Virus record (IMG/VR): IMGVR_UViG_2757320919_000001
Coordinates: 70,928-134,927 of that record
DNA from: a virus
Lineage: Duplodnaviria > Caudoviricetes
Strand: one strand, 5' to 3'
Length of the DNA: 64,000 nt
Shown here: piece after piece, positions 20,638-30,678 of the stretch
Position numbering within the stretch: position 1 is the first letter of the stretch
Layout: each line of letters begins with the position of its first letter
Notes under the pieces: model-generated
Seen by the model: the letters and a program-made list of their open reading frames with translations, nothing else
What the model was told of the DNA's origin: nothing
Database searches by the model: none
Made by a program: the position numbers and the translations under genes

Positions 20638-21960
20638 TTATTTATATTTTGCTGATTTTTCTTGCTCTAATATTTTTTCAATACTATCTGCTTCATCTTT
20701 ATCGTGTCTTAGCTCAATGAAAACAGGTAATATTAAAGAATATTTACCATTTTTTTCCATTGCTCTATGGGCTTCTACTGTAACAATTTTACCAATCATA
20801 TTATTATTCCAAAAGAAATCTCTATCACTTTCTTTAAAACCAGTTCCAACACATACTTCTAACGAACCTTCATCACTTTCACATACTAAAGCTCCTAATG
20901 TATTTTCACAAGATGTACCAGATTTACCACATTGATAACCCTTTATTCTTAAATCTACTTGAAACTTAATTTTTAATTTAAGCTGGTCATTTGATGTTTT
21001 GTCACCCCAAGTTGCAAATCTATTCTTAACAATAACACCTTCTTGGTCTTGTGAAACAAGATTTTTATAATGTTCCATTATTTCTTCCATATTATTTACT
21101 ATATTATATATAACTGGATATATAAACCCATTAGGTGTTTCAGTAATTTTACGAACATTGTTAAATCGTGTTTCATAAGGTATATTACATTTTCTTTCCA
21201 AATAATCACTATAAGGAATACAATCCCATGCTTTTAAAATAATTTTATTTGACTCTTCTTCTGTTATAGTTTGGTTTGTTTCGCTACTTTTGTTAATAAT
21301 ACCATTTCCAATTTCTCTTGGAAGTATATTACCATTTTCAGCACATAATAATTCACCCATTATTACACATTCACCAAGAGTATAATATATTAGTTGTTGT
21401 AGTTTTGAAAAATCTCTTTTAAATTTATATTCTGTTCCTGCTCTAGATACAAATTGAATACTGTTTTTAGTAACAATTACATTACAAAATTGACCATCTA
21501 GTTTTTCTTGAATGTATGCAGGATATTTTATTTTTGATGATGTTTTTTCATTTAATAACGCACATCTCATATAAGGTGGTTTTTTTACAAAATTAGGGAT
21601 AGCACTATTGATTGTTTTAATACCTAAATCAGCCTGAAGGTTTTTTCTAATTACTTTTTGTAGAAGCAATTGATTTTCGTAGTCTAATTGTTTTGCAAGT
21701 TTAATTATAAAAGTTTCAGCATCATTACCCCTGTATATACCATTTTGTAAATAATCAAGTGATGATATTATATTATCTAATATGTCATTACCTGTTTCAG
21801 ATGGCAATTCAAAATCTGTTATTCCTAATCTAGTTTTTGGATTATATACTATATCTAAAAGTTTAATGAAATTTTGATTATCTTTATTGTTTTTAATTAT
21901 TGCAATTTTACCTGCATCTGTATTTTCATTTTTTAAGTTGTTAATTATATTTACTAACAT
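20638..21960 (-). CDS. gp30: ATP-dependent DNA ligase
   Basis: EKLDG, MGEL, EGVIVK, KLK, VGTGF, LPVFIELRHDK. Confidence 0.95.
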   Translation of the reverse strand: MLVNIINNLKNENTDAGKIAIIKNNKDNQNFIKLLDIVYNPKTRLGITDFELPSETGNDILDNIISSLDYLQNGIYRGNDAETFIIKLAKQLDYENQLLLQKVIRKNLQADLGIKTINSAIPNFVKKPPYMRCALLNEKTSSKIKYPAYIQEKLDGQFCNVIVTKNSIQFVSRAGTEYKFKRDFSKLQQLIYYTLGECVIMGELLCAENGNILPREIGNGIINKSSETNQTITEEESNKIILKAWDCIPYSDYLERKCNIPYETRFNNVRKITETPNGFIYPVIYNIVNNMEEIMEHYKNLVSQDQEGVIVKNRFATWGDKTSNDQLKLKIKFQVDLRIKGYQCGKSGTSCENTLGALVCESDEGSLEVCVGTGFKESDRDFFWNNNMIGKIVTVEAHRAMEKNGKYSLILPVFIELRHDKDEADSIEKILEQEKSAKYK

Positions 21961-22020
21961 ACAATACCTTTCAATTTTATTGAAGGTATTGTATCATAAA
22001 ATTCCTTAATTTTTACTTAA
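21959..22020 (-). promoter_or_regulatory. promoter with hairpin pairing -10 region to ligase RBS
   Basis: TTAAG-N6-TTAAG-N11-TACAAT; TACAATACCTT...AAGGTATTGTA inverted repeat. Confidence 0.65.
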
Positions 22021-22134
22021 TTTTTTTAAAGTTAAAGTTTTGGTTTGTTTATATTTTATAACTTTTGGCTTAATTTTACCTCTCTTTAATGTAAGTCTAG
22101 AAGGTGTGGTAGCTATATCACCTGAAGTTGTCAT
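22006..22134 (-). CDS. 42-aa basic protein (not in ORF track)
   Basis: MTTSGDIATTPSRLTLKRGKIKPK...; ATGA overlap with upstream ORF and AAAGG RBS. Confidence 0.45.
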   Translation of the reverse strand: MTTSGDIATTPSRLTLKRGKIKPKVIKYKQTKTLTLKKLSKN

Positions 22135-22430
22135 AAATTACCTTTATTTTGATTTAAAGTATCAACAAAAATAATGAATTTGTCTATGTTTTCTATAGAA
22201 TTTGAATACACAACATATTTACCATTATCATTTAACTTCACTAGTATACCTATATCATCATATTTTGATTGAAACTTAAGTGATAATTTGATATTATATT
22301 TTAACTTCAATGTTTCAGACAAACTAACTGGCAGTTCTTTATTAAAATTCAAAAAAGACTCATCAAAATCTTGATCTGTTACTTCAAATTGAAGATCTAA
22401 ACTTGATTCATATAAATATTTAGTATACAT
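22131..22430 (-). CDS. hypothetical protein
   Basis: ORF with AGGAG RBS, overlapping neighbours. Confidence 0.6.
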   Translation of the reverse strand: MYTKYLYESSLDLQFEVTDQDFDESFLNFNKELPVSLSETLKLKYNIKLSLKFQSKYDDIGILVKLNDNGKYVVYSNSIENIDKFIIFVDTLNQNKGNL

Positions 22431-22920
22431 TATTAATTAGCTCCTTTTTATGTTTTTTTATAAATATCTCAAAATTATACGCATAATAATCTTTATATTT
22501 AAATATAAAACCTCCAAAATTATGTTTTATAAAAACAAATGGTTTTATATTATCATATTTTACAACTAGCATAGGTAATTTATTTGATATCTCACAATCA
22601 GCTTCAACTTGTAATATCCATTTATCCCATTGTGCACATTCCTGGATAATTAAAGAGTTAAAAGATGGTGCAGTTGCATAATGCTTACATTCAACAGTAT
22701 ATTTAAATTCGGATGGGCATATTATATCACCTGCGTAGAAAGTATGCTCATTTAAAACATTCATACCACGATAGCTGTTACTACCACCAAACACAGAACC
22801 ACTAGATATATTTCTTTGAAATGATTGAGCAACATTAAATACATCAGCATAATTATCTGATAACATTTTTGCAACTGTTCGTTCAAAGGTATTACCTTTA
22901 GACTTGCTTTTATTAGCCAT
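22420..22920 (-). CDS. PD-(D/E)xK nuclease, Holliday junction resolvase-like (start MANKSK)
   Basis: SKSKGNTFER, GDIICP, VECKHY, QW..Q. Confidence 0.75.
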   Translation of the reverse strand: MANKSKSKGNTFERTVAKMLSDNYADVFNVAQSFQRNISSGSVFGGSNSYRGMNVLNEHTFYAGDIICPSEFKYTVECKHYATAPSFNSLIIQECAQWDKWILQVEADCEISNKLPMLVVKYDNIKPFVFIKHNFGGFIFKYKDYYAYNFEIFIKKHKKELINNVY

Positions 22921-22936
22921 AAATAACCTTTTTAGA

Positions 22937-23329
22937 TTATTTATTTTTAAAATACTTTGCAAAACCAGTATATGTATAATTAAAAAATATAGTTTCGTCT
23001 TTTGATACTAATATAAGTTTTGCATATTTTCTTAAAAATTTTGAAATCCCATCATATATTTCAGAATTACTGCCATATACTTTCTTATTGACTACATAAT
23101 GTTTAATTTTAAATGATGAACATTCACCACATTTAAAAACAGCGTCCATCTCTACTCTAATAGTTGGTAATTCTTTAGAAGGTGAAGCTAAGTATATAGT
23201 ACCTGAAACATCAACAACACCAGGAACTAATATTTTGCGATTTAATTTGTGTAGGTTTTTCGTAGAAACAACATTTGCTGATAACTCTTTTGAATTTATA
23301 AATTGTACTTTCATTTTCTGTCCTTTCAT
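22937..23329 (-). CDS. hypothetical protein
   Basis: ORF downstream of promoter ~23364-23395. Confidence 0.6.
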   Translation of the reverse strand: MKGQKMKVQFINSKELSANVVSTKNLHKLNRKILVPGVVDVSGTIYLASPSKELPTIRVEMDAVFKCGECSSFKIKHYVVNKKVYGSNSEIYDGISKFLRKYAKLILVSKDETIFFNYTYTGFAKYFKNK

Positions 23330-23405
23330 CTGGGATTCTTTAATCCCTAATTTTTATACTGTAATGGTACCAAAATAGACTTAAGACAACCTTAAAAGTA
23401 CATGG

Positions 23406-23427
23406 AAAAGGTGCAAACGCACCTTTT
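23406..23427. terminator. intrinsic terminator
   Basis: AAAAGGTGC-AAAC-GCACCTTTT. Confidence 0.7.
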
Positions 23428-24219
23428 TTACCAATTTACTTTATTTCCAAAAATATCATACCAGTCATTAGCATTTATTTCGTTATTATCAACAAATAAT
23501 TTACCTTTTCGTTGGACAACATTAAACCCAAGACCATTTAGTCTAGCTCTAGTTGTTTGTGAATTATAACCTGCTAATGAATATTTTTCATCACCATTTT
23601 TATTTTTAACAGCTATTAAATTATCGTGTAATCTTACTTCTGTATTACCTTTATCATCTACACTTACTACAGTATTCCCATCTTTAATTGGTTTACTATT
23701 ATAAAAATATAATCCTATTTTCTTATCAATTTTTCTACTTTCATTTATTGAGTTATCATCCAAATCATCATCTTCTAGGTCATCGTCTGAATCGTCTAAA
23801 CCATCATCACCTTGATTGTCATCTACATTGTCCAAATCATCATCTATATCATCATCTAATTCAAGATTTAAAGTTTCAAAAACATCATCTATAAGAGTTT
23901 GTTCGTCTTCGGTAATATCTTCTCTTTCTATTAAGAAAGGTGTAGTACCATTTACTAATATGATGCATACTTTTTCAAAAATTGATATAACATAATCTTT
24001 TCCAACAACAGAACCCATTATATTTTCATCAGAGAATTCTTCCATATTTTCTAAAGCATCTTTTAAACCATTTACTTCTGACTCATTAATAGAAATTTTT
24101 CTCTTGATATATTTAAAATATCCTTTTTCTGCAGCTTCATTTAAAGTAATACTTTTACCTTTATTCATATTTTTAGCTTTTCTTTTAACTGCTTCATTTA
24201 ATGTAGTACTTTTTTTCAT
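23428..24219 (-). CDS. hypothetical protein with acidic low-complexity tract (possible internal head protein)
   Basis: repeated (L/I)NE motifs resembling prohead-protease sites; D-rich linker. Confidence 0.5.
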   Translation of the reverse strand: MKKSTTLNEAVKRKAKNMNKGKSITLNEAAEKGYFKYIKRKISINESEVNGLKDALENMEEFSDENIMGSVVGKDYVISIFEKVCIILVNGTTPFLIEREDITEDEQTLIDDVFETLNLELDDDIDDDLDNVDDNQGDDGLDDSDDDLEDDDLDDNSINESRKIDKKIGLYFYNSKPIKDGNTVVSVDDKGNTEVRLHDNLIAVKNKNGDEKYSLAGYNSQTTRARLNGLGFNVVQRKGKLFVDNNEINANDWYDIFGNKVNW

Positions 24220-24229
24220 TTAACATCCT

Positions 24230-24862
24230 TTATATTTTGATTACTTTGTCGCCTGTACCAACAAACATTATATTTGTGATAATTTGATCAATTTTATTTT
24301 TATCTTTAGTTGTTTTTATTATATCTATAATTTTTTCTAGAGATGGTGATTTATATTTTAATTCACTAATAAGTTTAAGTGTCTTTTCCCTTTTAGTTTC
24401 TAAATCATTCTCATTCCATATGTTTTTTAAATCATCTTTAGAAATTTGCTTTAATTTGGCTTCATCTAACTTATTAAAAGCATTTTCTAATATAGGGTTC
24501 TTTTCACCATCTTCTATATCTTTTGCAATTTGATCAGGTGTTCCACCGTTATATAATGCTTGTGAATTAACATCTTTCCATTCTTCAGGAGTAAGTTCTT
24601 TTTTATATTCTTTGATTACCCAAGTATCGCGATCAAATTGTTTCACATCGAAGTTGTCTTCAAGCTCTTCTAACTTGTTAAATTTAGCATCACCACCATA
24701 CATCACACAATAACCATGTCTTAATAATTTTGAATACGCACTAGCTGGTGCCTTAATACCAACATCTAAACAGTTTCTGATAAGCTGTTGGATTTCCTCA
24801 TATGTTACCATTATATTCCTTTTGATTAGATTTTCCAAATTATTTATAAAATTATACAACAT
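24230..24862 (-). CDS. hypothetical protein
   Basis: ORF; probable start MVTYEE after AAAGGA. Confidence 0.6.
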   Translation of the reverse strand: MLYNFINNLENLIKRNIMVTYEEIQQLIRNCLDVGIKAPASAYSKLLRHGYCVMYGGDAKFNKLEELEDNFDVKQFDRDTWVIKEYKKELTPEEWKDVNSQALYNGGTPDQIAKDIEDGEKNPILENAFNKLDEAKLKQISKDDLKNIWNENDLETKREKTLKLISELKYKSPSLEKIIDIIKTTKDKNKIDQIITNIMFVGTGDKVIKI

Positions 24863-24906
24863 TTTGGTTTAAATTTAACTTAACCAAAATATTTATAAAT
24901 AATTAT

Positions 24907-25989
24907 ATGGATAAATTAGAATATTTAAAATCATTAGGATATAACTTATTATCTGTTGAAGGTTCTTATGTAAAAGTCGAGTGTAAAAATAAACATATAT
25001 TTAGACGGGCTTTTGCATCATTTAAAATCAGAAATACACCATGTCCAGAATGTGAAATAGAAAATAGAAAACAATTTTTAGATAGCATAAATTATTCCCT
25101 TATTAGTATAAACGGTAGAAAAGTAGAAGTTAAATGCAAAACATGCAATACTATATTTTCAAAAGAATACTGCAACTTTAAGCAAGGTAAAATTACATGT
25201 AATTACTGTGAAACTAATAATAAAATAGAATATATACAATCACTAGGGTATAATGTTATTGATTTTGAGTCAAAAGGGTATATAAAGATACAATGTAAGC
25301 ATAATCATATTTTCAGTAGAGCATATAACTCACTAAAAAATGGATTTATATCTTGTCCATATTGTGAACATGAGCAAAGAGAAACATTTTTTAAACTCAT
25401 AAATTTAGAATTAATAACTTTTGATAAAGGTAAGATAACTGCTAAATGTAAGAAAAACCATATTTTTGATAGAACATATGGTTCATTCAAAAGAGGAAGT
25501 ACATTATGCCCTATATGTTATCCAAAAAGTAGCTCATTTGAAAAGGAAGTAAAGAATATTCTACCTAAAAATGTAATTGTAAATAACAGAACTGTATTAG
25601 ATGGTAAAGAACTTGATTTTTATCTGCCAGAATATAATCTAGCTATTGAGTGTAATGGAGACTATTGGCATTCTGAGCAAATGGGTAAAGACAAAAACTA
25701 TCATTTAGAAAAAAGTTTAAAGTGTATCAATAAAGGAATTTATTTAATTCATATATTTGAAAGTAAATGGTATTCTAACAAACAATTTTATATAAATTTA
25801 ATAAAAAATCACATTGATGGTATAATTAAAGACTATCCTAATAAAATTATATCTGATATCTCTTGTGAAAATCAACTAATGTTCCCAAAACTAGGTTACA
25901 AACTTGTTGATAATGTTGAACCTAATTTTGAAATATTTCAGAACACACTAAAAGTATACAATTGCGGATATAATATTTGGTTAAAATAG
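24907..25989 (+). CDS. short Hef-like endonuclease, 4 zinc ribbons, most of GNAT domain deleted
   Basis: zinc repeats + ELDFYLPEYNLAIECNGDYWH retained; C-terminus collapsed to ..YNCGYNIWLK. Confidence 0.8.
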   Translation: MDKLEYLKSLGYNLLSVEGSYVKVECKNKHIFRRAFASFKIRNTPCPECEIENRKQFLDSINYSLISINGRKVEVKCKTCNTIFSKEYCNFKQGKITCNYCETNNKIEYIQSLGYNVIDFESKGYIKIQCKHNHIFSRAYNSLKNGFISCPYCEHEQRETFFKLINLELITFDKGKITAKCKKNHIFDRTYGSFKRGSTLCPICYPKSSSFEKEVKNILPKNVIVNNRTVLDGKELDFYLPEYNLAIECNGDYWHSEQMGKDKNYHLEKSLKCINKGIYLIHIFESKWYSNKQFYINLIKNHIDGIIKDYPNKIISDISCENQLMFPKLGYKLVDNVEPNFEIFQNTLKVYNCGYNIWLK

Positions 25990-26009
25990 TGCTCAGTTTA
26001 TAAGCACTA

Positions 26010-27392
26010 TTATGAACATGACTCACATTCATGTTCTACACCATTATCTTTTTCAGACTTAAAATAGTATAGAGTCTTTAATCCTAACTGATGTGCATAC
26101 ATATGCAGCAGAGATAGTTTGTGAGAACTTTTTTGAATATAATTTAGTTCACCATTAAATGTATAAGAATACATATTTACACTTTGACTCTGATCCAAAA
26201 ATAATTGACGAACAGCTGCAGCTTTTATTAACATCATAGGATCACATTCCTGAGCTAACTTATAATATTGATTATATTCTTTAAACATAGGTGCTAATGT
26301 TTTAATGTTTATATTCCCATCTTCTTTATATAAAAGCTTTTGAATAGGTTCTATACTTTCTGATGCATTAATAGATCTTCCTGATGTGTTATGTGATATA
26401 CAACCATTTTCTAATAAATACTCATGAACATCAGGTACTTCAATATCCCATGTGTTACATAATACATCGGTATTATTTGATATAGATTTTATTTTAATGT
26501 TATTTGTTATAGAAACAATTTCCATACCTTTTTTTAAGTCTCTAGCTTCTATCCATTCCTCTATTCCACTGTCTAATTTAACTAGAAGTTTATGATTATA
26601 TGTTAATGTTAATATTGTGTTGTCTTCAAAAGTGATGGTTTTTGTAGGTTGTTTTCCATTAAACCAAATTCTATTCACTTCTTTCAGTCCATGCCTTGTT
26701 TGGACTTTAAATGGAACTTTAAAGTCTATCCATGAAGGTATTCCATAATTTTCTATTTCATTAAAATTAATACCTTGTTCTTTCATGATATCCTTATAAG
26801 ATTTAATACCATTTTCTGTTTTTATTTTTGTTTCTTTTGTTACACAAGCTGTTGGAGCAATAGCTGTTAAAGCACAATTTCGTAAACCATACTTCTTAAC
26901 ATCTTCCATCAGTTTATTCCATTTATTTTCATCAGGTTTAAACTGTATTAATTTTTTAGCTTTTTCATTTCCTATTAAATAAGGATATAAACCTTTGGCC
27001 CATTTTGTTTCATTAAAACCTTCTGCTCTTCCTTTTTCAATGGCTAACTGCATACTAGCTTTTACACAATTATATAATAACTCATCAAAAAGTTTTGCTT
27101 GAAACTCTAAACTTTCTTGTGAATCAATAATAATTTTATGTTTTGCTAATAAAACAGCTAAGTTAGATACACCTATTCCTAAATAACGATATTTTTTGTT
27201 AGCTGTTTGTGCATCTTTGACCATATAATAAGCCAGATCAATTGTATTATCCATTGTACTTACTATATCATATATTAGATCATATTTTTCTGTATCATTT
27301 AATAAGTCATACTCATGCAAGTTTATACTGGCAAGATTACATAATGCAATTTCACCATTTGTATAGGTTTTTACTACATTTATTTCATTCAT
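26010..27392 (-). CDS. nrdA: ribonucleotide reductase class I alpha subunit, C-terminal fragment, with intein
   Basis: GEIALCNLASIN, LGIGV, GLRN..AIAPTA, SIEP, DQSQS, GLKTLYY, C-terminal CESC. Confidence 0.9.
   Translation of the reverse strand: MNEINVVKTYTNGEIALCNLASINLHEYDLLNDTEKYDLIYDIVSTMDNTIDLAYYMVKDAQTANKKYRYLGIGVSNLAVLLAKHKIIIDSQESLEFQAKLFDELLYNCVKASMQLAIEKGRAEGFNETKWAKGLYPYLIGNEKAKKLIQFKPDENKWNKLMEDVKKYGLRNCALTAIAPTACVTKETKIKTENGIKSYKDIMKEQGINFNEIENYGIPSWIDFKVPFKVQTRHGLKEVNRIWFNGKQPTKTITFEDNTILTLTYNHKLLVKLDSGIEEWIEARDLKKGMEIVSITNNIKIKSISNNTDVLCNTWDIEVPDVHEYLLENGCISHNTSGRSINASESIEPIQKLLYKEDGNINIKTLAPMFKEYNQYYKLAQECDPMMLIKAAAVRQLFLDQSQSVNMYSYTFNGELNYIQKSSHKLSLLHMYAHQLGLKTLYYFKSEKDNGVEHECESCS
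26388..26846 (-). other. cis mini-intein (153 aa), +1 residue Thr
   Basis: CVTKETKI...LTYNHKL...TWDIEVPDVHEYLLENGCISHN|T; no LAGLIDADG. Confidence 0.85.
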
Positions 27393-27409
27393 CTCACTTC
27401 CTTTAATAT

Positions 27410-27449
27410 TATTTATATTATATAATATTTTTACTTAAACTTTCCTTAA
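27410..27449 (-). promoter_or_regulatory. stacked sigma70-type and late promoters for the nrdA fragment
   Basis: TTAAG-N6-TTAAG-N11-TATAAT (27417-27449) and TATAAATA (27410-27417). Confidence 0.65.
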
Positions 27450-29316
27450 CCCATACCCCTTGACCGCAGTCCCATATCTTACTATATCCATTAATATTCA
27501 TATTCTCTGATTCAGTTAGGTTTGGATCAAACTTCTCTAGTTTGTCTTTAAGTTTGTGTTTCATAAATTGTTGTCTTGAATATTTTATTCCATTCTTAAA
27601 ATAATAGTAACCTGGCTTAGAATAATGGCTAAATGTAAATCCAAGCTTTAAATATATACCTCCATCAGAGTAAAGTCTATCTGAATAACTTATTAATGAG
27701 CCTGGGTGATTTTTATGAAAATGTTTCAGTAATTTACTAGCACCACCTATTATATTATAATCCATTTTAGTACATAATCTAATTAACTCCCAATCATACT
27801 TATCTGTAAATCTAGGTTTTCCGAATGACATCAAGCATACTAATTCATCATTAAAATACAACCCATAGCATACAATTGATCCAGTAAATCCTTGGAGGTG
27901 ATTTATATCAAGGAATTCTTTTTCTTCTGTTTTAGGTACTTCTTTCAAAATACATTTTCTAGCCATTATTTTGTCTGATTTTCCTAGTTTATTATTAATA
28001 ATACTAGTCCAAATATTTTTCTTTTCATTCCATGATGATTCAAATATATGGAGTAATTGTATGCCTCTTTCTAGACATTTGTTAGTCTTATTGAGGTGAT
28101 AATTTTTATCTTTTCCATTACTCTCAGAATGCCAATAATCTCCATTGCATTCAATAGCCAGATTATATTCTGGCAGATAAAAATCAAGTTCTTTGCCATC
28201 TAGTATGTTTCTGTCATTTTTGTTATAGTTTATTAATAACTCTGATATTTCTTTTTCAAATGAGCTAGTAGAAGGATTGCATACTGGGCATAATGTGCAT
28301 TTCTTAAAATTACAATATTCACGCTCAAAAACATGCCCTTTACTACATTGTAATTGTAACCTATTACCGTCTTTTAATAATTTAATACCAAAGGACTCTA
28401 TAAAAAGTTTTCTTTTCTCTTTGTCACAAATAGGACATGTTGTATTAACTTTTAATGTATTGAAGGCCCTGGTAAAAATGTGATCACTTTGACATTTTAG
28501 TTTTATACTCTTACCTAATGATACCAGTTGTAAACCATTTGATTCTATAAAATTCAATATATTTTCCTTTTGGCATGTAGGACAGGCGATACTACCATTA
28601 ACAAAATCGGAATAACTTCTATTGAAAACATGACCTTTGGAACATTTTACAACATTTGTTTTAATCAGAGTAAATCCTATTGACTTTAAATATTCCTCTT
28701 TCATATTAATAATACACTCTGGACAATTTACACTACCTCTTTTGATATCACAATATCTTCTAACAAAAGTATGCCCTTTGGAGCACTGTAGTGTCATTTT
28801 ATCTCCATCTGATTTTATTTGTTTTAATCCCACACTGTTTAAGAATAGTGTTTTTTCATCATTTTTACACTCAGGGCAAAATATTATATTTTTTGACCTG
28901 AAGCTAGAATATACTCTATTAAAAACATGACCTTTTTGACATTCTACTGTAAAATTATCTCCTTTAATGTCTTTTATAATATATCCTAAACCTTTAATAA
29001 ACTCTTGTTTTTCGTTGTCTATACATATTGGACAAGTAGTAGCACCATTTTTAAACTCACTGAATCGTCTTTTAAAAATGTGTCCTTTTAGACATTTTAC
29101 ATTATATAAATCAACAGCTTCAAACCCAATACTTTTAAGATAGTTTAGTCTTTCTATATTTTGACAATTAGGACAATCTACTGAACCATTTTTAAATGTA
29201 TAAAATGATCTTTTAAAAGTATTGTTACATTTATGACATAATACTTCAAGATTGTTTGTTAAATTAGATGATACAGGTGTATATCCAAGTGATTTAAGAT
29301 ATTCTATTTTATCCAT
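27418..29316 (-). CDS. Hef-like endonuclease, 7 zinc-ribbon repeats (start MDKIEY)
   Basis: same architecture; N-terminus identical to next copy. Confidence 0.85.
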   Translation of the reverse strand: MDKIEYLKSLGYTPVSSNLTNNLEVLCHKCNNTFKRSFYTFKNGSVDCPNCQNIERLNYLKSIGFEAVDLYNVKCLKGHIFKRRFSEFKNGATTCPICIDNEKQEFIKGLGYIIKDIKGDNFTVECQKGHVFNRVYSSFRSKNIIFCPECKNDEKTLFLNSVGLKQIKSDGDKMTLQCSKGHTFVRRYCDIKRGSVNCPECIINMKEEYLKSIGFTLIKTNVVKCSKGHVFNRSYSDFVNGSIACPTCQKENILNFIESNGLQLVSLGKSIKLKCQSDHIFTRAFNTLKVNTTCPICDKEKRKLFIESFGIKLLKDGNRLQLQCSKGHVFEREYCNFKKCTLCPVCNPSTSSFEKEISELLINYNKNDRNILDGKELDFYLPEYNLAIECNGDYWHSESNGKDKNYHLNKTNKCLERGIQLLHIFESSWNEKKNIWTSIINNKLGKSDKIMARKCILKEVPKTEEKEFLDINHLQGFTGSIVCYGLYFNDELVCLMSFGKPRFTDKYDWELIRLCTKMDYNIIGGASKLLKHFHKNHPGSLISYSDRLYSDGGIYLKLGFTFSHYSKPGYYYFKNGIKYSRQQFMKHKLKDKLEKFDPNLTESENMNINGYSKIWDCGQGVWVKESLSKNII

Positions 29317-30678
29317 TAATAAAGTGATCTCCAAAATATTTTAGGAATGATACAAAAATATAGCTTAAGAAAGGCTTAATTTAACCCAAACACCTTGTCC
29401 ACAGTCCCATATTTTACTGTATCCGTTTATATTCATATTCTCTGATTCAGTTAAGTTTGGATCAAATTTCTCTAATTTATCTTTGAGTTTATGCTTCATA
29501 AATTGTTGTCTTGAATACACTTGATTATTTTTGAAGTAGGAATATCCTGGTTCTGAATAATGACTAAATGTGAATCCTAACTGCTTGTATATTCCACCAT
29601 CAGAATATAATCTATCTGAGTAACTTATTAGGCTTCCTTTGTTATGTTTATGAAAATAATTAAGTAGTTTAGAAGCACCACCTATAACATTTAGTCCCAT
29701 TTTAGTACATAGTCTTATCAATTCCCAATCATACTTACCTGTGAATCTAGGTTTTCCAAAACTCATAAGACAAACTAGCTCATCTTGATAGTAGAGTCCA
29801 TAGCAAATAGAACTGCCAGTGAAGCCTTGGAGATGATTTTTGTTTAGAAACTCTTTCTCTTCTACTTTAGGTACTTCTTTAATAGCACATTTTCTAGCCA
29901 TTATTTTTTCTGATTTACCTAGTTTATTGTTTATAATTGATTTCCAAATATCTTTTTTCTCTGCCCAAGAATGCTCAAAGATGTGAAGCAACTGTATGTC
30001 TTTCTTTTTACACTTTTCTGTTTTATTTAAGTGATAATTTTTATCTTTAAACTTATCTGAGTGCCAATAAACACCATTACATTCAATAGCTAGTTTATGA
30101 CTTGGAATATAAAAGTCAAGCTCTTTATCTCCCAAAACAGAGTAATCTTTTTCTATATAGTTATCTAGTAAGTCAGATATTTCTTTTTCAAATGAGCTAA
30201 TAGAAGGGCTACATATTGGGCATATTTTAGCACCTTTTTTGAAGTTATGATAAGACCGTTTTATAATATGACCTTTTTTGCATATAACTTCTAAATCATC
30301 AGCTGTATTATCTGAAATTATTGAAAATCCAATATTGTCCAAATAGTTTGATTTATTTTGCTCACTACACATAACACATATTGAAATACCATTTTTAAAA
30401 TGCTCATATCTTCTTTTAAAAGTATGTCCATTTTTACACATTACTTCCAAATTGTTACCTAAATTACTCGATATAGGTGTATAACCAAGACTATTTAAAA
30501 ATGATATTTTTTCTTGCTTTTCACATTCTGGACAGTGTATAGTACCTCGCTGAAAATTGCCAAGACTTCGTTTGAATTTGTGCCCATTTTTGCATTGTAC
30601 TTCTAAATTACCTGCTAAATTAGATGATACAGGTGTATATCCAAGTGATTTAAGATATTCTATTTTATCCATTAATAA
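29260..30678. repeat. 63-bp perfect direct repeat at 5' ends of tandem hef genes (29260-29322, 30616-30678)
   Basis: identical TAAATTAGATGATACAGG...ATCCATTAATAA. Confidence 0.85.
29365..30672 (-). CDS. Hef-like endonuclease, 3 zinc-ribbon repeats
   Basis: same architecture; flanked by 20/21-bp direct repeat 29361-29381 / 30712-30732. Confidence 0.85.
   Translation of the reverse strand: MDKIEYLKSLGYTPVSSNLAGNLEVQCKNGHKFKRSLGNFQRGTIHCPECEKQEKISFLNSLGYTPISSNLGNNLEVMCKNGHTFKRRYEHFKNGISICVMCSEQNKSNYLDNIGFSIISDNTADDLEVICKKGHIIKRSYHNFKKGAKICPICSPSISSFEKEISDLLDNYIEKDYSVLGDKELDFYIPSHKLAIECNGVYWHSDKFKDKNYHLNKTEKCKKKDIQLLHIFEHSWAEKKDIWKSIINNKLGKSEKIMARKCAIKEVPKVEEKEFLNKNHLQGFTGSSICYGLYYQDELVCLMSFGKPRFTGKYDWELIRLCTKMGLNVIGGASKLLNYFHKHNKGSLISYSDRLYSDGGIYKQLGFTFSHYSEPGYSYFKNNQVYSRQQFMKHKLKDKLEKFDPNLTESENMNINGYSKIWDCGQGVWVKLSLS

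Noticed and set aside
23755-23860. TCA/TCG trinucleotide-rich tract
   Set aside because: Explained by an Asp-rich coding linker, not a DNA repeat element
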